Assembly (NCBI GenBank): GCA_030698625.1
Contig: JAUYMS010000042.1
Location: 28,150-92,149 of the forward strand
Direction of reading: 5' to 3'
Length of the DNA stretch: 64,000 nucleotides
Origin: Candidatus Omnitrophota bacterium
GTDB taxonomy: Bacteria; Omnitrophota; Omnitrophia; Omnitrophales; Aquincolibacteriaceae
Numbering within the stretch: the first letter of the stretch is position 1; each line of letters starts with the position of its first letter. This document shows positions 40,801 to 49,524 of the stretch, one piece after another. A program made the position numbers and the translations under genes. The notes beneath the pieces were generated by a model, which worked only from the letters and a program-made list of their open reading frames with translations, was not told the origin of the DNA and did not search any database.

Positions 40801-43800
40801 CCTTGTCGTCGCGGACCAAGCGGTGCATGGTACTGATGTAATCGTCATAATCAGAAATACTACCGCGTATCACGCCGCGGAGACGATTCTTTTCCGCTTC
40901 TCGGTCCGCATCGGCCACCTTATTGCCTTCTCCGAAAGGTACCACAGGCCCATCAATCACCAGTTCCGCGTCGTCTTCCCGGCCGTTGCCTTGCCATAGA
41001 ACGGTTCCGGTTTGGAAATCCTCGACATAAACCGTCAGACCAAATAGACCCGCGCGCCCGGGCCGGACTTCCCCGGTCAATGTGTACGTGCCGTCGCCAT
41101 TGTCGGTGATATTCTCCGGTGTCACTTCATCATCGGTCCAGCGGTAAGCCGGATCACTATAGGAGCCCCAATGCACGAAGAAGTTCAGGTTCGCAAAGTC
41201 TTCGGGCCGGTCGAGGCGGAAATCAATTTCAAGAACACCGCGGTCTTCTTCGCGATTTACGCGAGGTTTGGAAAGAAACTTAACGGACGGGCCTTCACCG
41301 GCCCGCAATTCCGAGCGCTCAGAATCGTTGACGTTCTCGCGGCTCAGTCGCTGTCCTACGTCTTCGGCCAAGCGGCCGAGGAACTCCCGATTCTTGGGGT
41401 CATAAACCCATGCCTCCAAAGCCTCGACACTGCGTTGAAATTTCTGCGGATCCCCTTCTTTTTTGGCTTCTTTGACGCCGTGCCAAAGGTTGCCGACCCC
41501 GAGCCCGAGAGCATCTAAACTATCTAACAATCCAAAATCATCAATGAGATCAATCACTTTTTCGAACTCCTCGACTGACCGAGCATACAGAATACCTGCT
41601 TTCCAGAGATGCGGGTCTTCGTCCGGCTTTATGTAGAAGGGTATCTGACTGGCCAGTAAGGTTGCATGAGTGAACAAAAGCCGCAAGCGCCAAAAGACGG
41701 GGTGCTCTTCAAAAGGAAACGGGTTGCTCTCCGGGTCTGCCAGAAATCGCGCAAAGTCCTCTCTGAATTCCTCCATAATGCCGATCCACTTTTTTGTGGC
41801 CATCTCTTCGTTATCTTCCTCGGAATCAAAGTATTCCTGCAGCGTTGCCGGCTGAGCCGCGTCTTCATCAACGTGAATCTCATAGTGATATCTCTTATAA
41901 TGCGTCACCACCAAATCATAGCCGCCGTAGAGATTGTGCATGAGCTTCGCAAAGTCGTAGAGCGGGTCATTGCCTTCGGGAATGTTTTTGGGGTCTACGA
42001 GTTTAAATTCGCCTAAATCGCCCCGTCCGATAAAGTCAAAAGGATCGGCGAGGATATTTCCGAAATGCAGGTCTCCGTGCTGCTGCGACAGATACGGCGG
42101 CAGAAATATTTGAGGGAAAAGCGGCGTTATCAGACGCAGGACTTCAAGCATAACAGGCAAATTCGGACTAAGCGTGGGTTCCCGGTTCATGAGCGCTAAC
42201 TTAATATAGGGTGCGGCAAACAGGCGGTCGATCTTCTCCGACTTCGCCCGGGCCTCGGCGAAGCGATTATCGAGTTTGTCCCGAAAATGATAGCGGTCGA
42301 GAAAATCCGGAGGTGTCACGCTCTGTCGCCGCAAATAAAAATCGGGCATGAGCCGCTCATAGGTTTCCAAAGCCATCTGGAACGGTGATTTGATCGACGG
42401 GGCAAACCGGCTGAGTGACCGCAGCAACGCCATGTCGCCCAACTCTAAGGCGTCGGTGCCGGCCCGCGGCACATAGTTGACATCAAGTAACCTGGTGAGA
42501 TTCATGGACGGCATGCCTTGAAAGAAAATGTCTTCCATGAGGACAACGGTTGCTTCCGGACTGTCTTCAATGTTGTAAATACTCGGATACCACTTTGCCC
42601 GCGGATCGCCGCTTTCGTAGAGTTCCGCGATCAATCGCGCTTCGGCCAACAGCTTTCCCCCGTCCTCGCGGGGATCGGCCCGCTTTTCGATGAGGGTTCT
42701 AAAACCTTCTGCATCGTCGGGCTCGATGATACGTGTGACCGTACTGTAGGAACCTCCGTGCAACTTCTGTCTTGCGGGAAGTTCCAATTCATAGTCCGGT
42801 TCTTGCGGAATCCAAATCTGACGGACCCGGCGGGCTCCGGTGTTCATCTTTTCCATGGCCCCTGTGCTTAGCATATACATCACACCATAAGCGCCCGGAT
42901 GGTCGCCGGCACGAGCTATCTCCACATAAGGGCTGTCATACACAGTGACATCGCGCGTAAATAGAATACCTTTAGAATCCATAGCTCCGTCCACTATGAG
43001 CGTATCGACCGCACGCCGCATGCGATAGGCGATTTCGGGACCGTGAGATCTCAGGTCTTTGACAATGGCCTGAGTGATGCGGTCACGCTCGGATGCAGCA
43101 AAGATCTCGGGCGGAGTCCCTTCCCAGCCGTCAATAGAATCAGGGGCCGCTACGACCGCCCAGCGAATCCCCTGCGATTCAAGGTCATGTGCAATTTCCC
43201 AAAACTTGAGATCGTCCTTCGCATAAAAAGCCTGTTCCAGCGCTTCAAATTGCGCCATGAGCGCTTCGTCGGACTCCAAAAACCGAAGCTCCGACCGGCC
43301 CCGATGACCTTCGACGAAGCGGTTAAAACCGGCAGATGCCGACAAGAGATTTGCGACCAGGGTTTCCTGGTCCGTATCGCGAGCGGCCTGCTTGGCGCTC
43401 CTATTCAAGTGCACCATGGCAGTCCCTTGATCAAAGGTAAAATCTGCTGCCTGCGCAATTTTTGAGAATACCGGATGCGCGGACAGAGCGGTCATCATGC
43501 GATGAGCGGCGCGCGCTGTTTTCAAACCATAGTGCCCCGTCAAAACGGGAGCGGCCCACTCGAGAAGCCCTTTGAACAACAGGGCCTCTTGCCTGGTCTC
43601 AAACGGATACTTTCCTTCAAAATAACCTTTAAGGTCCGCGTGCCTGCCGGACATGACTTCGCGGTACAAATCCCCATGATCGTAACCGGCACCATTCGGA
43701 CTGACAATCGCATAGCCGGCACCGGCATCTTCCAAAGCCGCGCGCAAGCCTTCGGTATGAAACCCTCCGGCGACGATAACCAGCACGGCACGCGATCTGT

Positions 43801-45337
43801 CTGTGCCCTTCTGCCGGGTTGCGGCGACCGATTCCAGGGCATGAGTAAGCATGAATTCATCACGAAGCCACGCGCTGTCATAAAATTCGTGTGCCCGGCT
43901 CCAGAGTCGTGCACGTCCCAGCTTGTCGCGCTTCTCGGATTCAACCCATAAATCTTTCACGGCCGCCGAACGGCTCCGTATCTCGTTCCATTCATCCCTT
44001 GTCAATTCCCGCCTGAGCAGCTTCTCCACGAGGTCAAGATCCCCGCGCTTTCGCACAAAACCCTTATCTCTTTCCGTTTGAGCAAAGCGATCAATCAGCA
44101 CGGCCTCCAGGCGCTCGACTTCCTGCATAAGATCCACCGCATTAATCTCAGACCGGTAAACGAAAACCCTGAAGGTTAGGAAAAACTGTGAGAAACGGCC
44201 GAGATCCAGCCCGCGCTGTTTCGCCAAAAGATACACGCGTTCGAGCAGCATTCGCGGATAGAAGGAACCGAGCGCCGCTTTGTCTTTAGAGTCCCCGTGC
44301 TCCGCCTGCAGATAGCCATGCCGCACTCCGAACCGCCGCAGCTCTTCAAAGAGTTCATCATCATTGCGATCCGTAGAGTTGGTCCATAACTCGTCCAAGA
44401 GTGTCTGCCACTCGCGGCTTGCGCGCCGGCCGTCCAGAAAGGTCTCCGTTTCCTGAAGGGCGAGCATTCGAATCAGGTTAGGAAACCGCAGTTGTTCAAT
44501 GGGATTCTCGAGATCAACGTTTAACGTTTTACGGACTTGGCCGCGAATATAATCCAGATAGGCTAGCCAGTTTGGTTCACCCAAGGAGCGGCCGGGACCG
44601 AACTTCCCCTGTTTGCGCCGGGCCCGCTCTTTGAGAAAATCTCTTAAGGCCATGCTGTCGAGTTTGGAGCGTTCCGTCTCGAGCTCCGCGTTTAACCACA
44701 GCAAAGATTTTTCGATAGCATCGCCGGCTCGTTCGAGTGCCCGATAGGCCGACAGGTTCTTGCGGTATAGCTCCGGCTTCTCAACTCCGAATACGGGGAT
44801 ATCGGTGCCGCCCTCTACTTTGGCATCGCGATAGCGCCGCCAAGCAAACAGTTCCGCACCGGTAAGCTCGCCTTGATTCAAAAGCTCCTGAACCACGCGC
44901 TCACCCGCTTCGGGGTACTCCGGGAAAAAGTCAAAATACTCAGGATGAAGCTCCCCGCTAGCCCCTTCAACGGCAACCTGCAGGGAAGCCCCTGTTGCTT
45001 TCGCATTCTGAGCGAGATGTTTCAATATATAGAAGATGTTTTGCTGGGCCTCGGGATTGGCATGCATATCACGGATATGGACTACGAAGGGCAGTTGCTC
45101 CTGCTCGGAGCCCACGACATTTTGGACATACCCTATTTCTCCGGGAAGGGCACCGAGTATATCGAGGAAGGGGGACTCCGGATGGAGTCCGGACATCATA
45201 CGCGCCTCAAGGTCGCTCGGCGGCATGAGCGCCGGCAGCGTAGGCGCAGACCATGCCACCGTTGTCACAAACATATTAAATGCGACAACTAAAGCGGATA
45301 GTCTCAGGACTCCTGACTTTCTAAATTCGAAAACCAT
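37859..45337 (-). CDS. giant multidomain protein B (2492 aa): signal peptide, Tiki/TraB-like N-domain, APH-like kinase domain, CBM-like module, GT5 glycogen-synthase-like domain, uncharacterised C-terminal region
   Basis: Intact ORF in the track. N-terminus MVFEFRKSGVLRLSALVVAFNMFVTTVAWSAP shares the TTVAWSAP signal-peptide end with gene A. Three in-frame RSELR sites at 38777-38791, 41303-41317 and 43283-43297. Flanked by tRNA-Lys upstream and tRNA-Glu 28 nt downstream. Confidence 0.85.
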   Translation of the reverse strand: MVFEFRKSGVLRLSALVVAFNMFVTTVAWSAPTLPALMPPSDLEARMMSGLHPESPFLDILGALPGEIGYVQNVVGSEQEQLPFVVHIRDMHANPEAQQNIFYILKHLAQNAKATGASLQVAVEGASGELHPEYFDFFPEYPEAGERVVQELLNQGELTGAELFAWRRYRDAKVEGGTDIPVFGVEKPELYRKNLSAYRALERAGDAIEKSLLWLNAELETERSKLDSMALRDFLKERARRKQGKFGPGRSLGEPNWLAYLDYIRGQVRKTLNVDLENPIEQLRFPNLIRMLALQETETFLDGRRASREWQTLLDELWTNSTDRNDDELFEELRRFGVRHGYLQAEHGDSKDKAALGSFYPRMLLERVYLLAKQRGLDLGRFSQFFLTFRVFVYRSEINAVDLMQEVERLEAVLIDRFAQTERDKGFVRKRGDLDLVEKLLRRELTRDEWNEIRSRSAAVKDLWVESEKRDKLGRARLWSRAHEFYDSAWLRDEFMLTHALESVAATRQKGTDRSRAVLVIVAGGFHTEGLRAALEDAGAGYAIVSPNGAGYDHGDLYREVMSGRHADLKGYFEGKYPFETRQEALLFKGLLEWAAPVLTGHYGLKTARAAHRMMTALSAHPVFSKIAQAADFTFDQGTAMVHLNRSAKQAARDTDQETLVANLLSASAGFNRFVEGHRGRSELRFLESDEALMAQFEALEQAFYAKDDLKFWEIAHDLESQGIRWAVVAAPDSIDGWEGTPPEIFAASERDRITQAIVKDLRSHGPEIAYRMRRAVDTLIVDGAMDSKGILFTRDVTVYDSPYVEIARAGDHPGAYGVMYMLSTGAMEKMNTGARRVRQIWIPQEPDYELELPARQKLHGGSYSTVTRIIEPDDAEGFRTLIEKRADPREDGGKLLAEARLIAELYESGDPRAKWYPSIYNIEDSPEATVVLMEDIFFQGMPSMNLTRLLDVNYVPRAGTDALELGDMALLRSLSRFAPSIKSPFQMALETYERLMPDFYLRRQSVTPPDFLDRYHFRDKLDNRFAEARAKSEKIDRLFAAPYIKLALMNREPTLSPNLPVMLEVLRLITPLFPQIFLPPYLSQQHGDLHFGNILADPFDFIGRGDLGEFKLVDPKNIPEGNDPLYDFAKLMHNLYGGYDLVVTHYKRYHYEIHVDEDAAQPATLQEYFDSEEDNEEMATKKWIGIMEEFREDFARFLADPESNPFPFEEHPVFWRLRLLFTHATLLASQIPFYIKPDEDPHLWKAGILYARSVEEFEKVIDLIDDFGLLDSLDALGLGVGNLWHGVKEAKKEGDPQKFQRSVEALEAWVYDPKNREFLGRLAEDVGQRLSRENVNDSERSELRAGEGPSVKFLSKPRVNREEDRGVLEIDFRLDRPEDFANLNFFVHWGSYSDPAYRWTDDEVTPENITDNGDGTYTLTGEVRPGRAGLFGLTVYVEDFQTGTVLWQGNGREDDAELVIDGPVVPFGEGNKVADADREAEKNRLRGVIRGSISDYDDYISTMHRLVRDDKVRGTGKLVFEAVQDDEALLVRLFEHHARLRTDLATDSETERDRKLPAYLAVETLGVGEVVFVSPEASHAIAGGLAKVMEGLSRALVRSGISVTVITTLYEKELPKHHESAETVLRDGFRIHDEVIRLAPDPVGEVTIPFGPTYRSGTHITGITDDKVRTFARIIKAKVYEANDGGVRYLFLRHRRLGDELYPQVSHSEELKRTIFLSRGSLEILKDRSIGVDAHVISAHDWMASLIPLFFRRGPRYNRDPYLQQAETMFTIHNYPPHFQKRIYTNEGDIDLWPFLNLPNEYEEQGRQRMTYDLVKDPNDPDHMNLVASTFAQVTQALTTMSKLYAEQMLTPEGGEGLDKNLREYSDRLFGISNGIDQPAFRRILWGLSGRAPEDFSNEAYLRDLPAAKAETKRRVQKKYGLEERDDAILLSMVGRLSDQKGLPLLTETDESGETVLEKILKKDERIQIFIAGPAALSQRDASGTIIKQGDATADALYQILPELTRRYPGRIYGQFTFVPIQAAWEVMTGSDFFLMPSRYEPGGITQMEALAGGALVIGRGVGGLAATLNDYDEETDKGDAFLFYDYTGDALLQAVTRAVAIKKRNGSRWDSLTVQAAQAKHDWSDRTPFYLPVYQLVAGMTGPDGFLTKRAHLSPEISNFINESKRVLDSSRPDVAVEPDRSELRAAAPSEISTTHEFGLDVRRRYRNTRFDGVPGFDPAGRETAVEVAARLGSVFSEAGIAVRLPERVAVVDKDGRRITARQTAARAWFEDRLVELILGIETAGITSEDLQAFSDLISEQLGFKPTTAFTPEKGNAVHVQLPQAPENYTSFVPVLAVVYNTAGALRLNIEGITEDQAQRVQKGILDEAKRLGLALHDGQFEVVATVTNRKLVSVPKRRFGTGERHGVLDRNDFPHWRRGLTRFRYSADALLRAEVLAAYITTAAVSLHRQLAESPDILDPSQLAPDAFGFVMAAISTYLAAQEELRTAA
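39150..40650 (-). other. GT5 glycogen/starch-synthase-like glycosyltransferase domain within protein B
   Basis: N-terminal SPEASHAIAGGLAKVMEGLSRAL (K-x-G-G-L motif) and C-terminal SRYEPGGITQMEALAGG (E-P-x-G-x-x-Q-x-E-A) of GT-B retaining synthases; motif DNA at about 40567-40620 and 39185-39235. Confidence 0.55.
40990..41290 (-). other. beta-sandwich carbohydrate-binding-module-like region (CBM25/CBM53-like) preceding the GT5 domain of protein B
   Basis: FANLNFFVHWGSYSDPAYRW...GTYTLTGEVRPGRAGLFGLTVYVEDFQTGTVLWQGNG begins directly after ERSELRAGEG. The arrangement resembles the starch-binding-domain plus GT5 layout of starch synthase III. Confidence 0.3.
41890..43240 (-). other. APH/choline-kinase-like phosphotransferase domain within protein B
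   Basis: HGGSYSTV ... QQHGDLHFGNIL (HGDxxxxN catalytic loop) ... GNDPLYDFAKL. Paralogous to the domain in protein C. Confidence 0.6.
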
Positions 45338-45524
45338 ACTGGGTATAATCCATCCCTTTTTTTATTTAGACAAAATCGATAAAAGATACCCGCCGTTTCG
45401 GGGTGTGTCAAATAAGATGAGCACGCGTATAACATAGTGCTATACGGTGCTAGTTCAGTATGGAAAGAACTTAAAGCTGTGGGTCAATGCTCACTTGGGG
45501 GGAACTTATCGGAGAAAAAAAACG

Positions 45525-45597
45525 TGAGCCCGGATGGATTCGAACCATCGACAACCGCCTTAAAAGGGCGATGCTCTGCCAACTGAGCTACGGGCTC
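45525..45597 (-). tRNA. tRNA-Lys(TTT)
   Basis: GAGCCCGTAGCTCAGTTGGCAGAGCATCGCCCTTTTAAGGCGGTTGTCGATGGTTCGAATCCATCCGGGCTCA; anticodon loop CTTTTAA; 5 nt from the frr stop. Confidence 0.9.
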
Positions 45598-45602
45598 AAC
45601 AC

Positions 45603-46175
45603 CTAGATCGAATGGATTTCTGTTTCCTTCTGTTTCAGGGCCGAGTCCACCTCGCCGATGAACTTATCGGTGATTTTCTGAATGTCTTTCTGTGCGACAT
45701 GCGACAAATCTTCCGGCAGCGACTTGTCTTTCTCGAGCTTCCGGACCTGCTCAATCGCTTCATGCCGCGAATTCCGCACCGAGACACGCCCCTCTTCGGC
45801 CGCTTTCCTGACGACCTTGCCCAATTCGTCACGCCGCTCTTCGGTAAGCGCCGGCAGCTGAATGCGCAGCACTTTACCGTCATTGATCGGCGTCAGGCCG
45901 AGATCCGCCATCAGAATGGCGCGCTCAATCTCGGGAATGACTCCGGGGTCCCACGGCGTAATTGCGATCGTCTTCGGATCAGGCGTGGAGATATTTGACA
46001 TATTCTTAAGCGGGGTCGGTGTATCATAATAGTTCACCTGAATCCCCTCAACCAGCGCAATTGAGGCACGGCCCGTACGGATATTCTGAAACTCCTTTTT
46101 GGTGACCTCAAGCGCCTTCGCCATCTTTTTTTCCATCTCACTGACTACTTTTTTGACATCCATCGTTTCTACCAT
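45603..46175 (-). CDS. frr: ribosome recycling factor
   Basis: 190 aa with full-length RRF architecture; position in the rpsB-tsf-pyrH-frr cluster. Confidence 0.9.
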   Translation of the reverse strand: MVETMDVKKVVSEMEKKMAKALEVTKKEFQNIRTGRASIALVEGIQVNYYDTPTPLKNMSNISTPDPKTIAITPWDPGVIPEIERAILMADLGLTPINDGKVLRIQLPALTEERRDELGKVVRKAAEEGRVSVRNSRHEAIEQVRKLEKDKSLPEDLSHVAQKDIQKITDKFIGEVDSALKQKETEIHSI

Positions 46176-46195
46176 AATACCCTCCGAATTGAAAA

Positions 46196-46930
46196 TTAAT
46201 GAACCCGGGTTCCGATATTTTCCCCTGTGACCACCCGCCGGATATTACCGTGCTTCGTTAAATTAAAGACAATCAACGGGAGTTTGTTATCCATGCAAAG
46301 CGATATGGCTGTGGAATCCATCACCTTCAGCCGTTTGCGGAGCACGTCAATGTAATGAAGACTTTTGAATTTCTTGGCGTTCTTGTTTTTAACGGGATCG
46401 CTCGTGTAAACCCCGTCGACTTTTGTCGCCTTGAGGATCACGTCTGCTCCGATTTCAATCGCACGAAGCGTCGCCGCGGTATCCGTCGTAAAATACGGAT
46501 TGCCTGTTCCTCCCGCAAAAATAATGACACGGCGCTTCTCGAGATGGCGTATCGCGCGGCGGCGGATGTAGGGCTCCGCGAGCTCCTGTACGTCAATGGC
46601 GGACTGTACCCTGGTCGGGACACCGATTTTTTCGAGTGCATCCTGAAGAACCATCGAATTGATAATCGTCGCCAGCATACCGATATAGTCGGCCGTCGAG
46701 CGGTCCATGCCCGCCTGCGATGCCTGCAGCCCGCGAAAGATGTTCCCCGCCCCGATGACGCAGGCGACATCTATCTTCAGATCAAAAATCTCTTTGATTT
46801 GCTCGGCAATGGAGGTCGCAACTTCGGGGTCTACCCCGTAGCCGAGTTTCCCCTGCAGGGCTTCCCCTGAAAGTTTTAGCAGAATGCGCTTGTAGACGGG
46901 TTTTTTACGCTGCGGCTTTTGCTTGGCCAT
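46196..46930 (-). CDS. pyrH: UMP kinase
   Basis: [12 protein letters not shown] ... [11 protein letters not shown] motifs; 244 aa. Confidence 0.9.
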   Translation of the reverse strand: MAKQKPQRKKPVYKRILLKLSGEALQGKLGYGVDPEVATSIAEQIKEIFDLKIDVACVIGAGNIFRGLQASQAGMDRSTADYIGMLATIINSMVLQDALEKIGVPTRVQSAIDVQELAEPYIRRRAIRHLEKRRVIIFAGGTGNPYFTTDTAATLRAIEIGADVILKATKVDGVYTSDPVKNKNAKKFKSLHYIDVLRKRLKVMDSTAISLCMDNKLPLIVFNLTKHGNIRRVVTGENIGTRVH

Positions 46931-46941
46931 GAGGGAAGGCG

Positions 46942-47544
46942 TTAATTACTGCCGCCGACTTCAAAACGGATGAAGCGGCGGATTATGATGTTCTCGCCGA
47001 TCTTGGCGATGGTTTCGGTCAGATATTCCTGAACCGTCCGGGAATCGTCTTTCACAAACTTCTGGTTCAGAAGGCAGATATCCTCGAAACGCTTGGAGAG
47101 TTTCCCCTGGATAATCTTCTCCCGCACATTCTCGGGCTTTCCGGCGACTTCCGCCTCAAAAGCCTCTTTCTCTTTATTCAACTCATCTGTGGGAATATTG
47201 TCCTGGCTCACATAAAGCGGATGCGCCGCGGCAATGTGCATGGCAATATCGCGAATAAAGCCCTGAAAAAGTTCGTTCTTTGCCGCAAAGTCAGTTTCAC
47301 AATTAATCTCCACAAGGACGCCAAGCTTACCGCCGCCGTGAATATAAGTCGTAATCTGTCCCTCTTTGGCCTCTCGGGTCGACTTCTTTTTCGCGATATC
47401 GAGCCCCTTCTTACGGATAACGCTCTGGGCCTCCTTGAGGTCTCCCTTGGCTTCGGTCAGGGCCTTCTTGCACTCCATCATGCCCGCGCCGGTCAACTCG
47501 CGCAACTTAACAAGATTCTGCTTTTCGCTATTTTCCGTACTCAT
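46942..47544 (-). CDS. tsf: translation elongation factor Ts
   Basis: [31 protein letters not shown]-Ts UBA-like N-terminus. Start placed at the ATG at 47544; the longer track ORF is a wrong-frame read-through of the rpsB 3' end. Confidence 0.9.
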   Translation of the reverse strand: MSTENSEKQNLVKLRELTGAGMMECKKALTEAKGDLKEAQSVIRKKGLDIAKKKSTREAKEGQITTYIHGGGKLGVLVEINCETDFAAKNELFQGFIRDIAMHIAAAHPLYVSQDNIPTDELNKEKEAFEAEVAGKPENVREKIIQGKLSKRFEDICLLNQKFVKDDSRTVQEYLTETIAKIGENIIIRRFIRFEVGGSN

Positions 47545-47566
47545 ACTCACGGTTTGAATTCCTCTT

Positions 47567-48484
47567 TTAAGTACTCGTTTTGCTGGGCTCTTTTTTGGCG
47601 GGTCTCGCTTTAGGGGCCTCGGGTGTCTCGGATACCGCAGACGGAGCTTGAACGGCCGCCGCAGTCGCAACCTTTTCTGCCGCTTCGATTTTCTTGGCTT
47701 CGTCGTCAGCAGCCTTTGCCGCCGCTTCCTCAGCCGCTACTATTGCGGCTTCGGCTTCCTCTTTAGCGCGCTCGGCTTCTTCCTCAGCGACAATCTTTTT
47801 ATACTCCATACGCCCGTCACGAATCGCTTCGGCAAGCGTGTCGCAAAACAGCTTCACGGCGCGAATCGCGTCATCGTTGCCGGGGATGGGATGATCCACC
47901 AAATCCGGATCGGAATTGCTGTCTAAGATGGCAATAACGGGGATGCCGAGTTTGTGAGCCTCACGAATAGCGATATCTTCTTTAATCGAGTCGACCACAA
48001 AAATAGCAGCGGGCAATCGCCTCATGTTGCGTATGCCCATTAAGTTTTTGTTCAACTTCTCGCGCTGCTTGCGAAGCCTCCCGCCCTCCTTTTTTGTAAT
48101 AAATCGAAAACCGCCCTCTTCCTCCATCTTATCGATACTTTCGAGCTTTCCGAGGGACTTACGGATGGTATCGAAGTTCGTAAGCATGCCGCCGAGCCAG
48201 CGTTCATTGACATAAGGCATCTCGCAGCCATTGGCCGCTTCGCGGATCGAGTCCTGCGCCTGCTTCTTGGTACCCACGAACAGAACTTCCTTACCTTCGC
48301 TTCCAAATTTCTTCATTAAAACCAGGACATTTTGAAGGCAAGACAGAGTGATTTCGAGGTTGATGATATGAATGCCGTTACGCGCCCCGAAGATATACTT
48401 TTGCATCTTGGGATTCCAGCGGTGGGTCTGATGCCCGAAATGGACACCTGCTTCAAGAAACTGCTTAATGGTAACTTTTGACAA
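47567..48484 (-). CDS. rpsB: 30S ribosomal protein S2 with a roughly 70-aa Ala/Glu/Lys-rich C-terminal extension
   Basis: MSKVTIKQFLEAGVHFGHQTHRWNPKM S2 N-terminus; tail EEAERAKEEAEAAIVAAEEAAAKAADDEAKKIEAAEK... Confidence 0.9.
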   Translation of the reverse strand: MSKVTIKQFLEAGVHFGHQTHRWNPKMQKYIFGARNGIHIINLEITLSCLQNVLVLMKKFGSEGKEVLFVGTKKQAQDSIREAANGCEMPYVNERWLGGMLTNFDTIRKSLGKLESIDKMEEEGGFRFITKKEGGRLRKQREKLNKNLMGIRNMRRLPAAIFVVDSIKEDIAIREAHKLGIPVIAILDSNSDPDLVDHPIPGNDDAIRAVKLFCDTLAEAIRDGRMEYKKIVAEEEAERAKEEAEAAIVAAEEAAAKAADDEAKKIEAAEKVATAAAVQAPSAVSETPEAPKARPAKKEPSKTST

Positions 48485-48637
48485 AATTATCCTTTCTTCT
48501 CCTTTTAAACGCGATAGAGTTTTTTATGTGATTACGCGCAAAAGAGCTAACTCGTTGAGTATTAGCGGCTTAAGAACAGCTCAGGGCCATGCTGAATTGG
48601 CTAGATATTATAGCAAAATCCGTAAGACCCACAAGCA

Positions 48638-49051
48638 CTATTTGGGGGGTTCTTCGAGGGGTTGGCGGGAGGTAAAACCCTTGCCGATTTCATGCCAAAA
48701 GCCGATTTCTTTCTCTCCGAGCTTCCAACAGAGGTAGACGACCTGGCCGGCATGGTTACTGTAAAAGTCGACCAGGCCCGCATCAATGTCCTTGAGAAAG
48801 CAGCCGAGGGCATGCACCTGATCCAGTACCTCATAGAAGATATTCACCTCTTCCTGATAGGCTGAAAGCTTCTGATTAACTGCCGGACTGGGCTCCTTCT
48901 CATCCTGCTCGGATACGATCTCCAACAGATCCACCTCCACCTCAAGCCGGGAGATCTTCTCCCTGAGGGCCTGCAGCTTACGGATAAGCTGCGAGAGGAC
49001 GGGCAGTGTTCCGTTGGCTTCTTCTAAAGTGAATAGTCTAACCTGGTCCAT
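48638..49051 (-). CDS. DUF2203-family protein
   Basis: 137 aa; RLFTLEEANGTLPVL N-terminus and coiled-coil centre as in the DUF2203 family. Confidence 0.45.
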   Translation of the reverse strand: MDQVRLFTLEEANGTLPVLSQLIRKLQALREKISRLEVEVDLLEIVSEQDEKEPSPAVNQKLSAYQEEVNIFYEVLDQVHALGCFLKDIDAGLVDFYSNHAGQVVYLCWKLGEKEIGFWHEIGKGFTSRQPLEEPPK

Positions 49052-49058
49052 AGTCTCC

Positions 49059-49517
49059 TTAGCGACTGACGATTTTCTCGGGCTGCCCTGTAGGGTAATG
49101 CAGCTTTATAGCTCTCTCTATATCGCGGGGCAGCGCGAGCACCGCACAAACCTTCGCTATACCGGCCGTCTCCTTGAGTTCATTGTCTGCCCACACATGG
49201 AAGGGCCCCGGAACGGCGATCGTCAAGACGTCGTCACGAATCTCCACGGGCAAAATCCCCAACTTCCTCGCCATCGTCGCAGGAACCTTAGCCAAGGCTT
49301 CCGGATTGATATGAGTCCTCTCCAGATCCACAAAGCGCATGCGGTTTTGTCTGGCCAAACTGCGGTAAAGCAATCCCCACGAGATGAAGCCCTTCCTTAC
49401 CAGAATCATCCCAGTCAACTCGCGGGTGTGACTCTGCTCATCGAGGGCCTCTTCCAACTGGACCCAGTTGATGAGTTTTTCACGAACTAGAATCTCTCCG
49501 ATACGCCATTGCATCAA
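49059..49517 (-). CDS. stand-alone T2SSE_N/MshEN-domain protein (candidate c-di-GMP receptor)
   Basis: Two copies of the MshEN-type motif (RIGEILVREKLINWVQLEEALDEQ ... GMILVRKGFISWGLL); 152 aa. Confidence 0.55.
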   Translation of the reverse strand: MMQWRIGEILVREKLINWVQLEEALDEQSHTRELTGMILVRKGFISWGLLYRSLARQNRMRFVDLERTHINPEALAKVPATMARKLGILPVEIRDDVLTIAVPGPFHVWADNELKETAGIAKVCAVLALPRDIERAIKLHYPTGQPEKIVSR

Positions 49518-49524
49518 TACGGAC

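Noticed and set aside
46942-47670. Long form of the tsf ORF, which overlaps rpsB by 104 nt
   Set aside because: The first 42 codons are a wrong-frame read of the rpsB 3' end (MRLRRPFKLRLRYPRHP...). The EF-Ts N-terminus begins at MSTENSEK (ATG 47544).
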